64,000 nt of DNA from Marsupella aquatica (taxonomy: Eukaryota > Plantae > Marchantiophyta). This document shows, piece by piece, positions 1-12,900 of this stretch. A program made the translations under genes and the position numbers. The stretch is from assembly GCA_973895155.1 (NCBI GenBank), contig OZ316891.1, positions 32,313,208 through 32,377,207 on the forward strand. Direction: 5' to 3'. Under the pieces are notes generated by a model that was not told the origin of the DNA, ran no database searches, and was given only the letters and a program-made list of their open reading frames with translations. The stretch's first letter is position 1. Each line of letters opens with the position of its first letter.

Positions 1-267
1 AATACACTTTTAATGAATAGGCTGATAATGGTATCCATTCTTGTTTCTGGATCCTCTTCACACATGTTTCCTATTTATGCGCCATGTTAGTTTGGTGTGG
101 GCATTTGATTCCATAAGAATGATCCGGGTTTGCAACCGGACATTCTAGTTGTGCTGCGTATTTCTCTCCCGGTGATGTTGGAGTGATGCCCAACACACCA
201 TGGTGAGTGCTTGTGGTGCTGACAGGGATAGATTGCCCTTAGGGTTAGCACATAGATTAGGTTAGGG

Positions 268-1905
268 TTGGTCACCACGGATTCTTCTGGTGCTGCTGGA
301 TTACCCAATGGACGACGGACCAGTTTCACTCGGAGTGGGGCACAGTTTCGGCCAACGGCATTGGTAGCAGTCAATAGTGCAGCTTCAGACAGTGATTCTG
401 ATGAGGACTCAGTGACCAGTTCTCCTCGTCATCAGGTGGTTGCACCTTTGTTGTGGGATATGGACGAGATGTACGGGGCTACAAAGGGCCCACGACGATA
501 CTCTGGTGCAGTTGGCACAATTGATCTGGATGACTTCATCCAGGAGTTTGATACGTGGTGCGATATGCAGACATTGCATAACGCCACGTTGTTTACCCCT
601 TTCATGGCATGGAAGGGATTATTTCAGCATTTGGAGGGGCCACCCATGGATGACTACCATGAGTTTCGGAAGGCTCATTTGGTTGAGATTGAGGCATGGA
701 GGCAGCATTGGTCACCTAATTATGTGTCCATCACCTATGGCACTAGTGCGGCTGCCCAACCCATTGCCACAGCTGTTGCCTCTTCTAGCAGCACTAGCCA
801 GAGTGGCACACCATCCACCAGCAGCACTCCAGCAGCATCCACCGCTACTCCTGCCGGTGTGATTGTGACAGGAACTGGAGTTGCGCCAGCATTTAATCCT
901 GTGGTGGAATTCTTTGAGGTACTGAAGCAGAACTATCAGGGTGTGAGAACTGATAAGTTGAAGGGTCTCCAGGAGTTCCACCGCAAGACTGGAGAGAGTC
1001 TACGTGAGGCATACACTCGTATGCACAGATTGATCACTGTCACCAAGGGAGTGATAGAGGCTCAAGCAGTCCAGTTTTGGTATGCAATTTTGGATAGAGA
1101 ATTGCGACGTAGAGTGAGAGATGTCACTCTGCTTAGGGATGCAGATCCCACATTAGCAGTTGTTTTCACCCTTTCTGAGCGCATTGAGCTCAATATGGTG
1201 AATGAGAAGGTGGTGACTTCTGGATTTACCAAGGAAGCACCAAAGGCTGCATCTACATCCACACCACAGCCTACTGCATGGAAGAGCCAGAGGGAGAAGC
1301 CTACTGCACGAGAGTCTACCAGCCAGAGACCTGTGCCCTCTTATGCTGGACAGCAGTCAGGATGTTGCACCTGTGGTGGGGATCATGCACGGAGATATTG
1401 TCCAGATCATAGAGGATCAGGGGGAGCATCAGCGCCTGATCAGCGACAGTGTGATCACTGTGGAGCTCCTGGACACACCAAGGATAGGTGTTTCTCACTC
1501 CATCCTGAGTTACGGAGAGGAGGATCCCGTACACATGATCAGGGAAGAGGAGGAGGAGGTAGAGGGGGTGGACGTGGTCGTGGCATGCCACATGCAGGGA
1601 GACAGGGAGGTAACGCTGCCCCTGCTGTAACCATAGATCCAAAGGATGCTAAGATTGCTCAATTGGAGCAACAACTAGTTGCCATGGCTAGTTCCCAAGT
1701 GAGACCTACTTCTGGTGATGGGGCATCTACATCCTATGGACCTTCCACATCCCATGGTCCTTCCACATCTTATGGAGCTGATGGAGATCTTGCCACCATG
1801 GGATTCATGTCTGGCACTGCACATATTGATGCATCAGCAACTTTAACACGTGGGGTAGCCAAAGCTCTTGAGCCCCGAGGAGCAGTAGTGGAGCTAGATC
1901 CATAG
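268..1905 (+). pseudogene. Element A gag (capsid-like region, two zinc knuckles, RGG-rich segment)
   Basis: CCTCGGDHARRYC and CDHCGAPGHTKDRC knuckles; MHR-like 'RKTGESLREAYTRM'; ends at TAG 1903-1905, in frame with the downstream protease. Confidence 0.85.
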
Positions 1906-1947
1906 AGGGGGGATGCACGTCAGACAAAGCTTCCTCAGTCTTTTACA

Positions 1948-2919
1948 TTGTCAGAGACAGTTCACACTGCCTCTATGAACCCTGTTCGGACAAACCCTGA
2001 TGTGGGTAAGTTGGCAGAATCAGGTAGTGATGCAGCAGGGATGACAGGTACCTTGCTGGGGGCGGCTATTGCCATGGTACGCGCCCCATTATTTTCAGCG
2101 ACAGACATGCTGAACTTGGGATTTGGTCCTGCAGAAGTATTTAGATTGGCAGCTACACTCTGTGAGGACACTCCAGTTGTTGCTTCCCATGTAGAAGCAG
2201 CTTGCAGTGTTGAAGCAGTGAAGACCATACCACCTACTGCTACTAGTGAGACATGGCATGCAGCAGCAGCAAGGTTGGTGGATTTACCAGCATGCCCTGC
2301 ATTTGAGAGGACTAGGTTTAAACCTAGTGTTGTATCATTGGATAATCGGAGTGGTATCTTCCAATTAGTTGGGCCTTCTGGAGTAGTATACCAGCCAGAG
2401 AGAGTGTTACTGGATATTGGTGCTCAGCCCTTGATGTTGGGGAAGTCTGCCATACATGGATTGAGATTGCGTCCAGAGGATTTGGAGGATTGTCCCTTTC
2501 CCATTCAGACTTCATTGGGGGGACCTACACCTACACAGCATATCACCAGGAGACCACTTGATTTGAGGATTCAGGAAGGTCATACCACAGATAGCTCACA
2601 GATACAGGCGCGAGCTATTCTAACTAAGGCAGAGTCATATGATGTGTTGGTGGGATGTACAATGCTCTACCCCATGGGATTTATTCTTGATTTTTGGGAG
2701 GAATTAGTATCATATAGACCTGATTGGCAGTCAGGAGATGCTCGATTGAGAAAGTTGCCAGTGAGATTTAGTGGACCTATGGGAGGCCCTAAATCCACAC
2801 CATTGTCTTTGGCAGCATTCAGTGGTGTAATTGCTGGACCTGATGATTTGATTGAAGGTAATGCGCATGCAGCCGATGTTCCACCATTGGAGGAGTCTCA
2901 TGAGGAGCACATCATGTGA
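1948..2919 (+). pseudogene. Element A retropepsin-like aspartic protease region
   Basis: 'RVLLDIGAQPLM' (DTG/DSG-type site, degenerate) and 'YDVLVGCTML' (ILG-type motif); same frame as gag. Confidence 0.75.
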
Positions 2920-3120
2920 GGATTACATGTTGGCAGTGTTGTGCCACCAGTGTGGGGCACTGCACAAGCCTTGCCACAGGCAGCAGCACGATTGGTACAT
3001 GATGCATGGCGTCATGCTTTTACACCACAGTCAGGAGCAGAGCAGTCTCTTGCAGATGGACCTGTGACTCTTTCACCATTGGATACCACTCCTATTGCTT
3101 GGCAATATCCACCGGAGGGT

Positions 3121-3696
3121 ATTTGTTTGTTGGATCTTTTTGGTGGGATTAGCACTGGATTGGCTGCTATTCTTCAGGCATGAATTCCTGTGCGTCGTTA
3201 TTTGTATGTGGAGACAGATGAGACAGCACGGAGGGTCTTATTGCAACATGTGGCTATGTTGGTGGATAGATATCCACAGTTGTTGCCAGTGGATGTTGTT
3301 TGTGGTTATCAACATGCACTACCTGCTGATATTTCATTGTTGGGGGCGGATCATCTACATCGTGTTGGCCCCATTGATTTGGTGATTGCTGGTTGGCCAT
3401 GTCAGGGCCAATCTAGAGCTGGCATTGGGCATGGACTTCATGATCCACGCTCTGCATTGTTTTGGGAGATGTTACGGGTGCTGCGTCATCTCCAGCTACA
3501 TCAGACACAGTCTCCAGCATACATTTTGGAGAATGTGCCATTGTTAGGTGATGATCATAGTCGGATTGTTGCCAGTGTTCACCAGGTGAGGTCTTGGATT
3601 GGACTTGCTGTGTTATTGGATGCTGCACGTGTGGGTTCTCGTGCACATCGTCCACGCTTGTGGTGGACTAATTTGATCCCATGTGAGGTGCTGAAG
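3121..3696 (+). pseudogene. DNMT3-like cytosine-5 DNA methyltransferase domain within the element A polyprotein (motifs I-VIII; truncated by insertion)
   Basis: Motif I LLDLFGGISTG, II YVETD, IV LVIAGWPCQGQS (PCQ 3397-3405), V RSALFWE, VI YILENVP (ENV 3529-3537), VII LLDAARV, VIII AHRPRLWWTNL (cf. DNMT3 AHRARYFWGNL). One in-frame TGA at 3181-3183; motifs IX-X are lost at the TGTCAC junction at 3697. Confidence 0.92.
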
Positions 3697-3998
3697 TGTC
3701 ACTTGCCTATCCAACGATTAATACATGCAAACCATACTTTTCCTTGCTTAAATCGTTGGTATCGTATTACGGGGTCATGGAGGGACGCTATTTGGAGGAT
3801 TTCCACACCTAAGGAGGAGTATGTTTGATTCCGCTCCCGGAAGTGTACTTTTTGATCAAGTCTACCGACTGGTCTCTCCATTTTTGATCAAGTCCAAGGG
3901 ACTGGTCCTACCATCTACAACTCATGCCCACCAGGTGAGTGCTGTCACCACCCCCCTCCTTTCTTGGGCAAGCATACAAACATTTACAATAAGATTTG
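3697..3998 (-). mobile_element. Element X: 3' end of an LTR related to the element D LTR (left fragment)
   Basis: Abrupt junction at TGTCAC (minus strand ...GTGACA). Minus-strand ccgggagcggaatcaaacatac (3819-3840) resembles D-LTR ccggcggcggaatccaaacatac (28676-28698). Continues after Bianca at 22990. Confidence 0.6.
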
Positions 3999-4136
3999 TG
4001 TTATAAGATGTAGATTACACTCTAAGTGACAATTAGGAGTTAGGGCAGTTACATAACTGCCCATCAATGTAACCCATATATTCTTACACTCCTAAGAGAA
4101 GCGTGATCATTGTTGGTGAATACATTGAATGAAACA
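3999..4136 (+). repeat. Bianca 5' LTR (138 bp)
   Basis: Exact direct repeat of 22852-22989; contains the dyad gggcagtta-ca-taactgccc at 4043-4062. Confidence 0.97.
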
Positions 4137-4150
4137 CGTTATCAGCACGA
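4137..4150 (+). promoter_or_regulatory. Bianca-type primer binding site (internal/half tRNA-Met priming)
   Basis: CGTTATCAGCACGA directly after the LTR, without the TGG of 3'-CCA priming; characteristic of Bianca. Confidence 0.8.
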
Positions 4151-4372
4151 GCTGATGTGTGTGACAAATTTTTTTTTAGATAGAGGCAGATGACGCGCAG
4201 TTAAACTTCAGCAGCACTATTCCTCGATTGGAACTGATTCTTGGAACTCGGTGAGAGAAATCCATCAGGTTTTGAACGATACCATCTCCTTAGCCATAAA
4301 CGATTGCATTATCACAGAACCTTATTACAAGCTAGCCAGCATCGGAACTTCCAATTGCAGCATTGATCAATC

Positions 4373-7300
4373 ATGGAGAAATTACATTTCAAAGCTCTCG
4401 CGATCGATGGCACAAATTACTTGTCTTGGTCTTTAGATGTGGAGGCACATCTAGCATCTAAAGACCTGCAAGACACAACCTTAACCGATGCAGGTACTAC
4501 ATTACAACAGAAGGCTCAGGCCTTGATACTAATCAGGCACCATCTTGCTGAACCGCTTAAGACTCAATATCTCAATCACTACAACCCAAGGGTCCTATGG
4601 GACGAACTACAATTACGCTTCGATCATATGCGGACCATATCACTCCCGACAGCCCGCCACGATTGGATAAACCTGCGAGTACAAGATTACAGCACAATTG
4701 CGAGTTATAACAGCGAACTGTTCCGAATTACCTCCCAATTAGCTGTCTGCGGTAATCCAGTGGATGATGAAGAGCAGATCGAAAAGACTCTGTCCACTTT
4801 TCATGTAACTAACATAGTTCTAGCCTCTCAATATCGAAACATGAATTTCACGCGGTATTCTCAATTGATATCACATATGCTCCTCGCTGAGAAGCATCAG
4901 ATAATACTGCTCAACAATGCTAAAACAAGACCACCAGGGAGTGCAGCCCCTCCAGCCAGACCAGAAACTCATCTTATGGCCTCAAGATTCCGGGGGCGCG
5001 GACGTGGCAACTTCAGGGGGAGCCGAGGACGTGCATTTGGAAGAGGAACTTACCAAGGATACAGAGGCAGTGGGAGCTTCCGACAACAATCCCAAGAATT
5101 CCAGCGAGACCCCACTTGGAATCAACGCGGAGGTGGCGGACGGAATCGAGGAAGAGGCTACCAAGCACAACCAAGAGATAAGTTTATTACACCCTCTTGT
5201 TTCCGATGCGGTACAAAAGGACATTTACAAAAAGAATGTCGGGCTCCTGCACACTTGGTCAAGCTCTATAAAGAAAGTATAAACAGGCAAACAGAAGATG
5301 CACAAGGCAATTTTATGGAAATTCCTGAAGACATACATGCTTATACACATGATACACCCCTTCCAGAAACCCACGTTGCTCACATGGATGCACAATCACA
5401 AGGCAAATTAACACCATCTAATTGCATAGTAGATAGTGGGACCTCCCACTCCATCCTAAGAAATCGACATTTTTTTCGAACAATTATAGCTTCTCACAGA
5501 GCCATAACTACCATCACAGGACAGAATCATATTGAGGAAGGGCACGGCCCCGCATCAGTTTGTTTCCCCCAGGGCACAGTAATCAACATCTCCTCGGCAA
5601 TATACGCACCTAAAGCCACACGAAATTTAATTAGTTTCCAAGACATAAGAGCTAACAACTTTCACATATATACAAGCAAGACCAATGAGGGTGAAGTCCT
5701 ACACATTATTGACCATTCTCCACCTGGAATGAAAATCTGTGAAACCTTGCCTATCCACCCTCCCGGGTTATACATCACCACCATACACGCATTACATGTA
5801 GAAATAGTTCCTCCAACTCCCACAGAGCGCTGGCACAATCGGCTAGGCCACCCTGGTACCAACATGTACCATAATATAATCCGGGATACGATAGGCATAC
5901 CCCAAGGGGTGCGCCCATCATCTCTGAAGAGCCCCTGTCTTGCGTGTTCACAGGGAAAGTTAATCACCAGACCAGCCACATCTAAAACAATTCACTCCAT
6001 TCCTAAATTCCTCGAAAGGCTTCACGCTGACGTATGTGGCCCGATTGACCCGCCATCTGGTCCATTCCGGTTTTACTTGGCCATTATTGATGCTTCATCA
6101 AAATGGTCCCAAGTTTCACTGATCTCGACCCGGAACCTAGTATTCCCACGGATTTTATCACACATCCTCAAGTTAAAGCTACAGTTCCCTGACAATCCAA
6201 TAAAGACACTCAGGGTTGATAATGCCAGGGAGTTCACGTCGAAAACATTCGATGATTTTTGTGAGACTGCCGGCATAGAAACCCAATATTCGGTACCGCA
6301 CGTTCATTTTCAGAACGGCATAGCAGAATCTCTCATTAAAAGACTACAAATGATAGCTCGGCCACTCCTCATGCAAACACAGCTTCCTCCTACAGCATGG
6401 GGACATGCAATATTGCATGCAGCTGCTCTCCTAAAATATAGACCTTCCGCATTTAATACCCATACTCCGCATTACCTTGCATTTGGTATACCACCTAACA
6501 TTTCTCACTTGCGGACGTTTGGGTGTTTAGTCCTTGTCCCTATCCTAGGCCCAAAACGCACCAAGATGGGCCCCCAGCGCCAACGAGGGATTTATGTTGG
6601 TTTTGACTCACCCTCCATTATTCGGTTCCTGGAACCATCCACAACAGATGTGTTCAAGGCCAGATTCCTTGACTGTACCTTTTTCGAAGACGAATTTCCG
6701 AAACTAACTACACATCCATCCGATGAGAATGGCAGAAAACAATTATTACAATGGCAGACCATCCTACCGGTGGGACTTGATCCACGTACCAGACAAGCTG
6801 ATGCAGAAGTCAGATGCATATTACATCTCCATCAGATGCTGGAAAAGCTCCCGGACGCTTTTAATGATGTAGCTGAAGTAACCCGTTCACACACAGAGGC
6901 GGCCAATACTCCAGCCCGAATACTAATACCAGACCAACTTGCCACTGAAGCTGCCCCAAGAGCAAAACGAGGTCGACCACTGGGCTCTAGAGACAGCCAA
7001 CCTCGCCAACGACGACCACCAGCTAACCCAACGAATGTGCCACCTCCACCGGTACCATCTACCCACTCTCTCACTCAGCCAGAAGAAAATCAAGAAATAT
7101 CCATCAATTATATGCATACTGGTCGATTATGGCATCGAAAGGATACAATTATAGATGATATATTTGCATTCGATATATCTCAGGATATCACCAATGACAC
7201 CCCAGATCCCCTGTCAGTCCACGAGGCACAGCAGCGGCCTGATTGGCCCCAGTGGGAGATAGCACTTAATTCTGAATTGGACTCATTAATTCAATGAGAA

Positions 7301-7377
7301 GTCTTTGGTCCGGTCATTCCTGCCCCTCTACACACATCACTTATCGGATATAAATTCATTTTCACACGGAAAAGAAA
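4373..7377 (+). pseudogene. Bianca gag-PR-IN and start of RT
   Basis: CFRCGTKGHLQKEC knuckle, IVDSGTSH protease, WHNRLGH..CLAC, LHADVCGP / RVDNAREF / GIAESLIKR integrase; premature TGA 7295-7297; cut at ...FTRKR by element C. Confidence 0.93.
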
Positions 7378-8768
7378 TGTGGTATGGGTGTCCCTGCAAT
7401 TTTTTCTGGAAACTTGTTTATTTTTAGCATATCACAAGATTTACTTACACTTTAGACACCTTCCGGCCAACATTTACTTGTTCTGGACACTTATAGAAAT
7501 ATTTGACATCTCCGGCTTTCCTGACGATTCCTAGTGTACTTTGCCCGACGCTGTGACCAGCGCCCGTTTCTTTTACTCAAGACGCTGCGGAAGCGTCCAA
7601 CCTCCTCATGACGCTTTTGGCAGCGCCCGACCGCCACCAAGACTCTATGAGGATTTCGACCGACGCTGTGGAAAGCGTCAGCTTCAACACACGACGCTGT
7701 GAGCAGCGTCCACCCTAGTATTGACGCTGTGAGCAGTGTGAGCAGCGTCCGTTGGTTTTACTTAAGACGCTTCTAGCAGCGTCCAGATTCTCCCGACGCT
7801 TCTAGCAGCGTCCGCTCAACACTTAGTTTTTGAAGTAGATTACTAGTAAAGTAGTATTCTACCACCCTTGTTGAAGTACTTATGCTGTGCTTCTCCCTTG
7901 TTTAGTTTTAAGCTTGGAAAGGCATGACTGTTCTTACCTCCTCCATTTTAGGATTCCAGCACTTATAAGACAGAGTAGAATGCTCATTTGAAGTAGAGAG
8001 AAATAGAGTTAATACTGTATTCAGAATTGAGTCTTCTGAATAGTTTTCTCCTCCTTCCATTGTAACAAGGCATGCTGTGAGTGTTTTGTATGGAAGTAAA
8101 GCTATATTGATTGAAGTTAAGATTGAATTCAAGAGATTCCTGTGGTGATTGAATTCAGTTGCAGATTTCTGAAACTCGTATTGAATTCAGTGCTAGGCTT
8201 GCTTGCAGAGTCGGGATTCGCTAGCCAATTCAAGAATAGTTAATGATAAATGAGAAGTAAATTCTGATTCTCAGAGTAGTTAGTACTGTTGCTTTGATTC
8301 TGGAATATGGTTTAGAGTTTGACTGAATTGTGTATCGCTGATGTCAAACCATGTTGACGGCATTTTAAATCATATCATTCATTTGCAATCAGAAAGCTTC
8401 TGCTTCATCAGATTGAGAATTCCATTATCATTAACCTTTGTGTTTTGAAGAGTGAGATGGATGAATTATGAGATAGATTTCATGTCTATACTGAGCCCAA
8501 ATCCTTTCTGAAGGAGTGGCAGTAGCAGCTTGTAGTCTCTAAATCCTTACTCATTTCTTCTCTAATTCATAAATCAGAAGTTCAGTTACTTTGTTGTTTG
8601 TTTATTCGATTTTTTTTATTGAGAAGTGAAGTCAACATAGAGCTCAAGACTCTAAATCACTCGGAGTGATAAAAGTTATACAATTCATTCTGAAATCTGT
8701 TCTTAAAGGGATCGAAACCCTGGTTTTAGGTGAGAAGAGTCACTTTTGATACTTAGCACTATACGACA
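7378..8768 (+). repeat. Element C 5' LTR (1391 bp)
   Basis: TGTGGTAT...ATACGACA; direct repeat of 19541-20931 with only two substitutions noticed (7925/20088 and 8190/20353). Confidence 0.96.
7548..7812. repeat. Cluster of ~8 GACGCT-N5-6-AGCGTC dyads near the 5' end (U3) of the C LTR
   Basis: For example gacgctgtgagcagcgtc, gacgcttctagcagcgtc, gacgctgtggaaagcgtc; also present in the 3' LTR. Confidence 0.85.
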
Positions 8769-8774
8769 TCTTTT

Positions 8775-8792
8775 TGGCGCCGCTGCCGGGGA
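8775..8792 (+). promoter_or_regulatory. Element C PBS (Athila-type, tRNA-Asp-like)
   Basis: TGGCGCCGCTGCCGGGGA after a 6-nt spacer TCTTTT. Confidence 0.85.
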
Positions 8793-9986
8793 ACGAATTT
8801 AAGATTGAATTGACGTACAGGCAGTGTATGCCAGAAGGAGCTAGACGGGAGAGGAATTCACGTTCTACTATAATTGTAAAGATGCGTCATCACTCCAGTT
8901 AAAAAGATGAAGAGCTTCCATTTTGAGGTGATGCCGTACTCTATCCAAAGCGCCCCGGAAGCTCTCTTAAGAGTATTGGAAAAATTTGTGGTGCCAAACT
9001 TAAGAGAAGAAACCGCCCTCCCACCAGAAAAGGCCTCACAGAGAGGAGCTGTTGCTCGTCAAGTTGCTTTGGAGATAGTCGAAGACACCAAAGACACTTT
9101 GAGTGACAAGTGAAGTTATTCTAACGTTGCTCGGGACGTATGATTTGTAAAATTGTCCAACCATCCTGGTTCGTGTGACCGATGCCACCTATCCGATCTT
9201 TGGGAACATTAAGAATTAGGAATTTGAGGAATCGTTATGTTAATTCTTGGGTTCTGAGCCTGAGAGGGAGGAATGGCATACATTGGTTAACTATCACCTG
9301 GTGGGAAGATGAAAGTTTGCATTTAGTAATATTAAGGCTGAATGGTAGGATCACACAGGAGAGATATTTAGTCATTTCCATTCGGGAGTTAGCGGAAAGA
9401 ATCATGCACCAGGAATTGCGTAGAAGATTAGGAAGGAGTTAGACGTCTGATTAGTAGGATGGCCTAGTGTAGCGTACCATGTGGTAAAGAAATTTCAGGG
9501 TGAAGGAAGTCGGAGATTATCAGGAACGCCCGGTTCCAGTAATCGCCACCGTAAAGGAGATAAGGAAGGACGCCGCGAAGAGCGTCCAATGCGATTCGTC
9601 CCAGAAGATTCCGCAAGTCAGGACGCTTCGAGTAGCGTCCGATCCCAGTGGACGCTGTGAGCAGCGTCCGGTGGAATCTGTGACGAACCAACGTGCGCGA
9701 CGCTTCTGGTGTGCCTTTCCGCGTCTCAACCTGAAGGACGCACCAGAGAAAACGAGGTTTTAGAATCTCGGCTGGTCACTGAAGGGAAGTATTAGCTACG
9801 GGATAGCAAGGGGGAGGAATCATGCAAGGGATGTTGAACGACGCTACGGGAAGTCACTTTGAGGAAGCAGGTTCATATCTCCCGGAGTGGGGTGATAACG
9901 TCGCACCTAAATGGTGACTCCTTGCATAAAGACTCCTGAGGAGCGGGTCTGGTGTCTCAAAATCACCCGTGCTTGGAGAATGAGGG

Positions 9987-12900
9987 ATGTCTGAGGGAGA
10001 TCCACCGAATAAAAGAAAACCTACCAAGACCTCCAGTAATTCGGATGCTGCAAAATTAGTAGTGACCCCTCGCACATTGTTACCCGAATTCCAGTCACCA
10101 GGAGCACCTGCACCGGGTAGTGTGTGGAAACAAGTGGGATCTATTCAAGAGGCAAGTGGCTCTTTGGAAAGGCCCACGTCGACCCGACCCCTGTTTGTAA
10201 ATCTTCGTTCAGGTCCAAAACTTATTGGTTCTCAAAAGACCAAGCTCCGCCAGCAGACAGTACGTTCGGTGAACCAAATTGACTCTGGTGTGGATAGTAC
10301 CACTGAGAGGGCCTTATCTCATACCGAAGGAAGAAATTTGGGTTTGCCCGAGAATACAGTTGCAGAATCGCTGGCCCAAGATAATTCTGTCGATCTTTCA
10401 CAATTGGATAATCCAGAACCACTGAGTGAAGCCGGTGGTTCGTCTTCTAGTGAGACAAGCAGCAGTTCAGGCTTGGGCAGCCCAAACCCATTTGCTACCC
10501 GATCAGCTCTTCCTTTCGTTACCCTCCTAGCTCCAACCACGATGGCTCGAAATAATGTGAGGTACGACCGGTTCTTCGGTACTTCCAAGGAGGATGCAGA
10601 GGTGTATTTGAAAGAATTTGAAGCTGCAGCTGCATCCAATGGACAGAGTCAAGACGCTGAAAAAGCCAATCTGTTTGGTGGTCTAATGAAAAAGGGTGCT
10701 CAGAAATGGTATGACCGTTTTCCGGACAAGCAGGATTGGGGGAAATTGAAGGCTGCTTTCTTGGCCAAATATAAAGAAGAAGGAGCAGCTGCGCGTGCCT
10801 TTGCCCGAATCTCACATCTGCACATGAAGAAACATGGGTCTGTGAGGAAATATGCCGACAAATTATTGGATTTGGTAGATCAATATAATCCAGCTACCTC
10901 GAAATCTACTATCAAGGACTGGTTTATTAACGGTTTACCCTCCAGGATTGCTCGTTACGTGAGACGAGAAGGTGGCACCACTTTGGAAGAAGTACAAGAG
11001 GCAGCCCAGAAGTACGTAGACTCGGAGATTTCAGAGAGAAAACGAGTTAAGAAGGACCTGAAGAAAGACAAAAGAAAGAAGAAGAAAACGTCCAGGTCTA
11101 AATCTGACTCGGAGACGGAATCAAGTGAAAGTAGCACTAGTGAGGAGGACGAGAGTACAAATTCGAGCACTAGTGATAGTTCAAGCTCAAGTTCCGACTC
11201 AGAATCCGTTGCTCCTAAAAAGAAGAAATCCTCTGTAAAAGGGAATAATAAAGTTCCCAACCAGAAGAAGATGGATCGCATGATGGAAGAACTCTCTGGC
11301 CAATTGTCCAAGTTGAATGTCAATATCGCCGCGGTAAAACCAGTACGAAGGTTGCCTGCTCCCATGAGAATGAACGTATGGTGCACCCGATGCAGTCAGC
11401 AGGGCCATTACCCGAACGAGTGCCCCACATTACGAACCCCGGTGAATTATGTAGATGGTCAAGAAGAGGCTGAGGAGTATGAGTACGATCCCGCGTATAC
11501 CGTCCAAACAGCACCCCCTGGACAGTATTTCCCACCACCTCCTGCTTCCAGACCGACTTGGGGACCACCTAAGCCCACTTTCAATAAACCAACGTCAAGA
11601 CCACCCATGGGACCCCCGGGAAGATACCCACCACGAGGAATGCCGCGTCAAAAAGGGGCTTGTTGGAATTGTGGCCAACCTGATCATTATTCACCCCAGT
11701 GCCCTTATCCCAAACAGGAGGTGGGGTATACACCTGTCTGTGGGAACTGTGGAAAAGAAGGACACTTACCGGTGGAATGCCCGAATCCGGCTAAGCCTAG
11801 GCTGATGGTTCGATTTGCTCAAGAGCCAGTTAAAGAAGCAAGTCGACCTGAAGCCAAGATTCGGATGGTTTATTCTGAAGAGATGGAGCAATGCAGCTTC
11901 ATTCAACATATGGATGTAAATCGGGTGGAATTAAAGCCAGATTCACTTTTTCATCAACCAGTATCCGGGGTGGTGCCTGATGTCTTGGTAAGTCATTTAG
12001 TGAAACCTGAAGTAGTTGGTATGCCGAATGATCGAGTTCAGAATCGGGATAAAGTTCTGACTAATATTTACGCAACTACTCGTTCGAAGAAAAAGGAGAC
12101 CAAGAAGCACGAGCATCAGAAGGTCGCGAAAGCTCCCAAGGATGAAGGGCGCAAGCCATGTAAGGAAGGCCTCGACAAAGAAGACGACCCTGCTTATGAC
12201 CGATATGACCCAAAATACTTCTTGCCCGACATCTCTTTGGAAGTGAAAGACCATCTGGAAGAGCTAGTTAAGGAGCAAGTGCAATCTCCTAACCCACCAG
12301 TAGTAGTCAAAGCTAAAGAGCCACTGAAAAATCCAGGTTATGATATTGTTGAAGATGTCAAGAATCATCCTGCACATATCACCATTGGGGAATTATTACA
12401 GGACAATCCGGTTTATAGGCGACAGCTGAGGAGCCTCCTTGCAGGAAAACGGAGGAAGAAGAAGTTACCTTCTGTGGATGTGCTACGAACAGAGTGGGAG
12501 GACAAAGGACCGATGGAAATTGAGGTTCAAATCCAGGGGTGTGTCATTCGGAGAGTTCCTGTGGATGGAGGAGCCAGCGTTAATCTGATTACACAGTCAG
12601 CAGCATTTAATTTGGGTTTCACTAAGTTTGAGCCCACTCCCAAGATTTTGCGCATGGCGGATCAGTCTCGTGTGGTACCCATAGGGAAGCTGACCAAAGT
12701 AGAAACTTTGATTGCTGGTGTCCCTTTTCTGTTGGATTATGTGGTTATTAATCCGGAAATACCATCCAGCTTTCCTGTTTTGTTAGGCCGACCATGGTTG
12801 TATAAGGCTCAAGTTCAGGTTAATTGGCAATCTCAAGAGCTTTCATTTGGGAAGCCTAAGGTGACTGTTAGTTGGGTTCCGGAACCACATTTTGGAGAAA

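Noticed and set aside
29-40. TGGTATCC as a tRNA-Met PBS for element A
   Set aside because: Only 7 nt match TGGTATCAGAGC and it is not preceded by an LTR-ending CA; A's 5' LTR and PBS cannot be defined here
239-269. TTAGGG telomere-like repeats
   Set aside because: Only two or three copies; such telo-box-like motifs are common in plant element leaders
1903-1905. Programmed readthrough at the element A gag stop
   Set aside because: No CARYYA context, and A has many other stops compatible with C>T decay
3697-3828. C-terminal part of ORF 3190-3828 as MTase sequence
   Set aside because: It is read-through into inserted element X after TGTCAC; motifs IX-X are absent
10222-11568. Antisense ORFs over gag and similar shadow ORFs elsewhere
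   Set aside because: Shadow frames of low-complexity S/K/E-rich coding sequence
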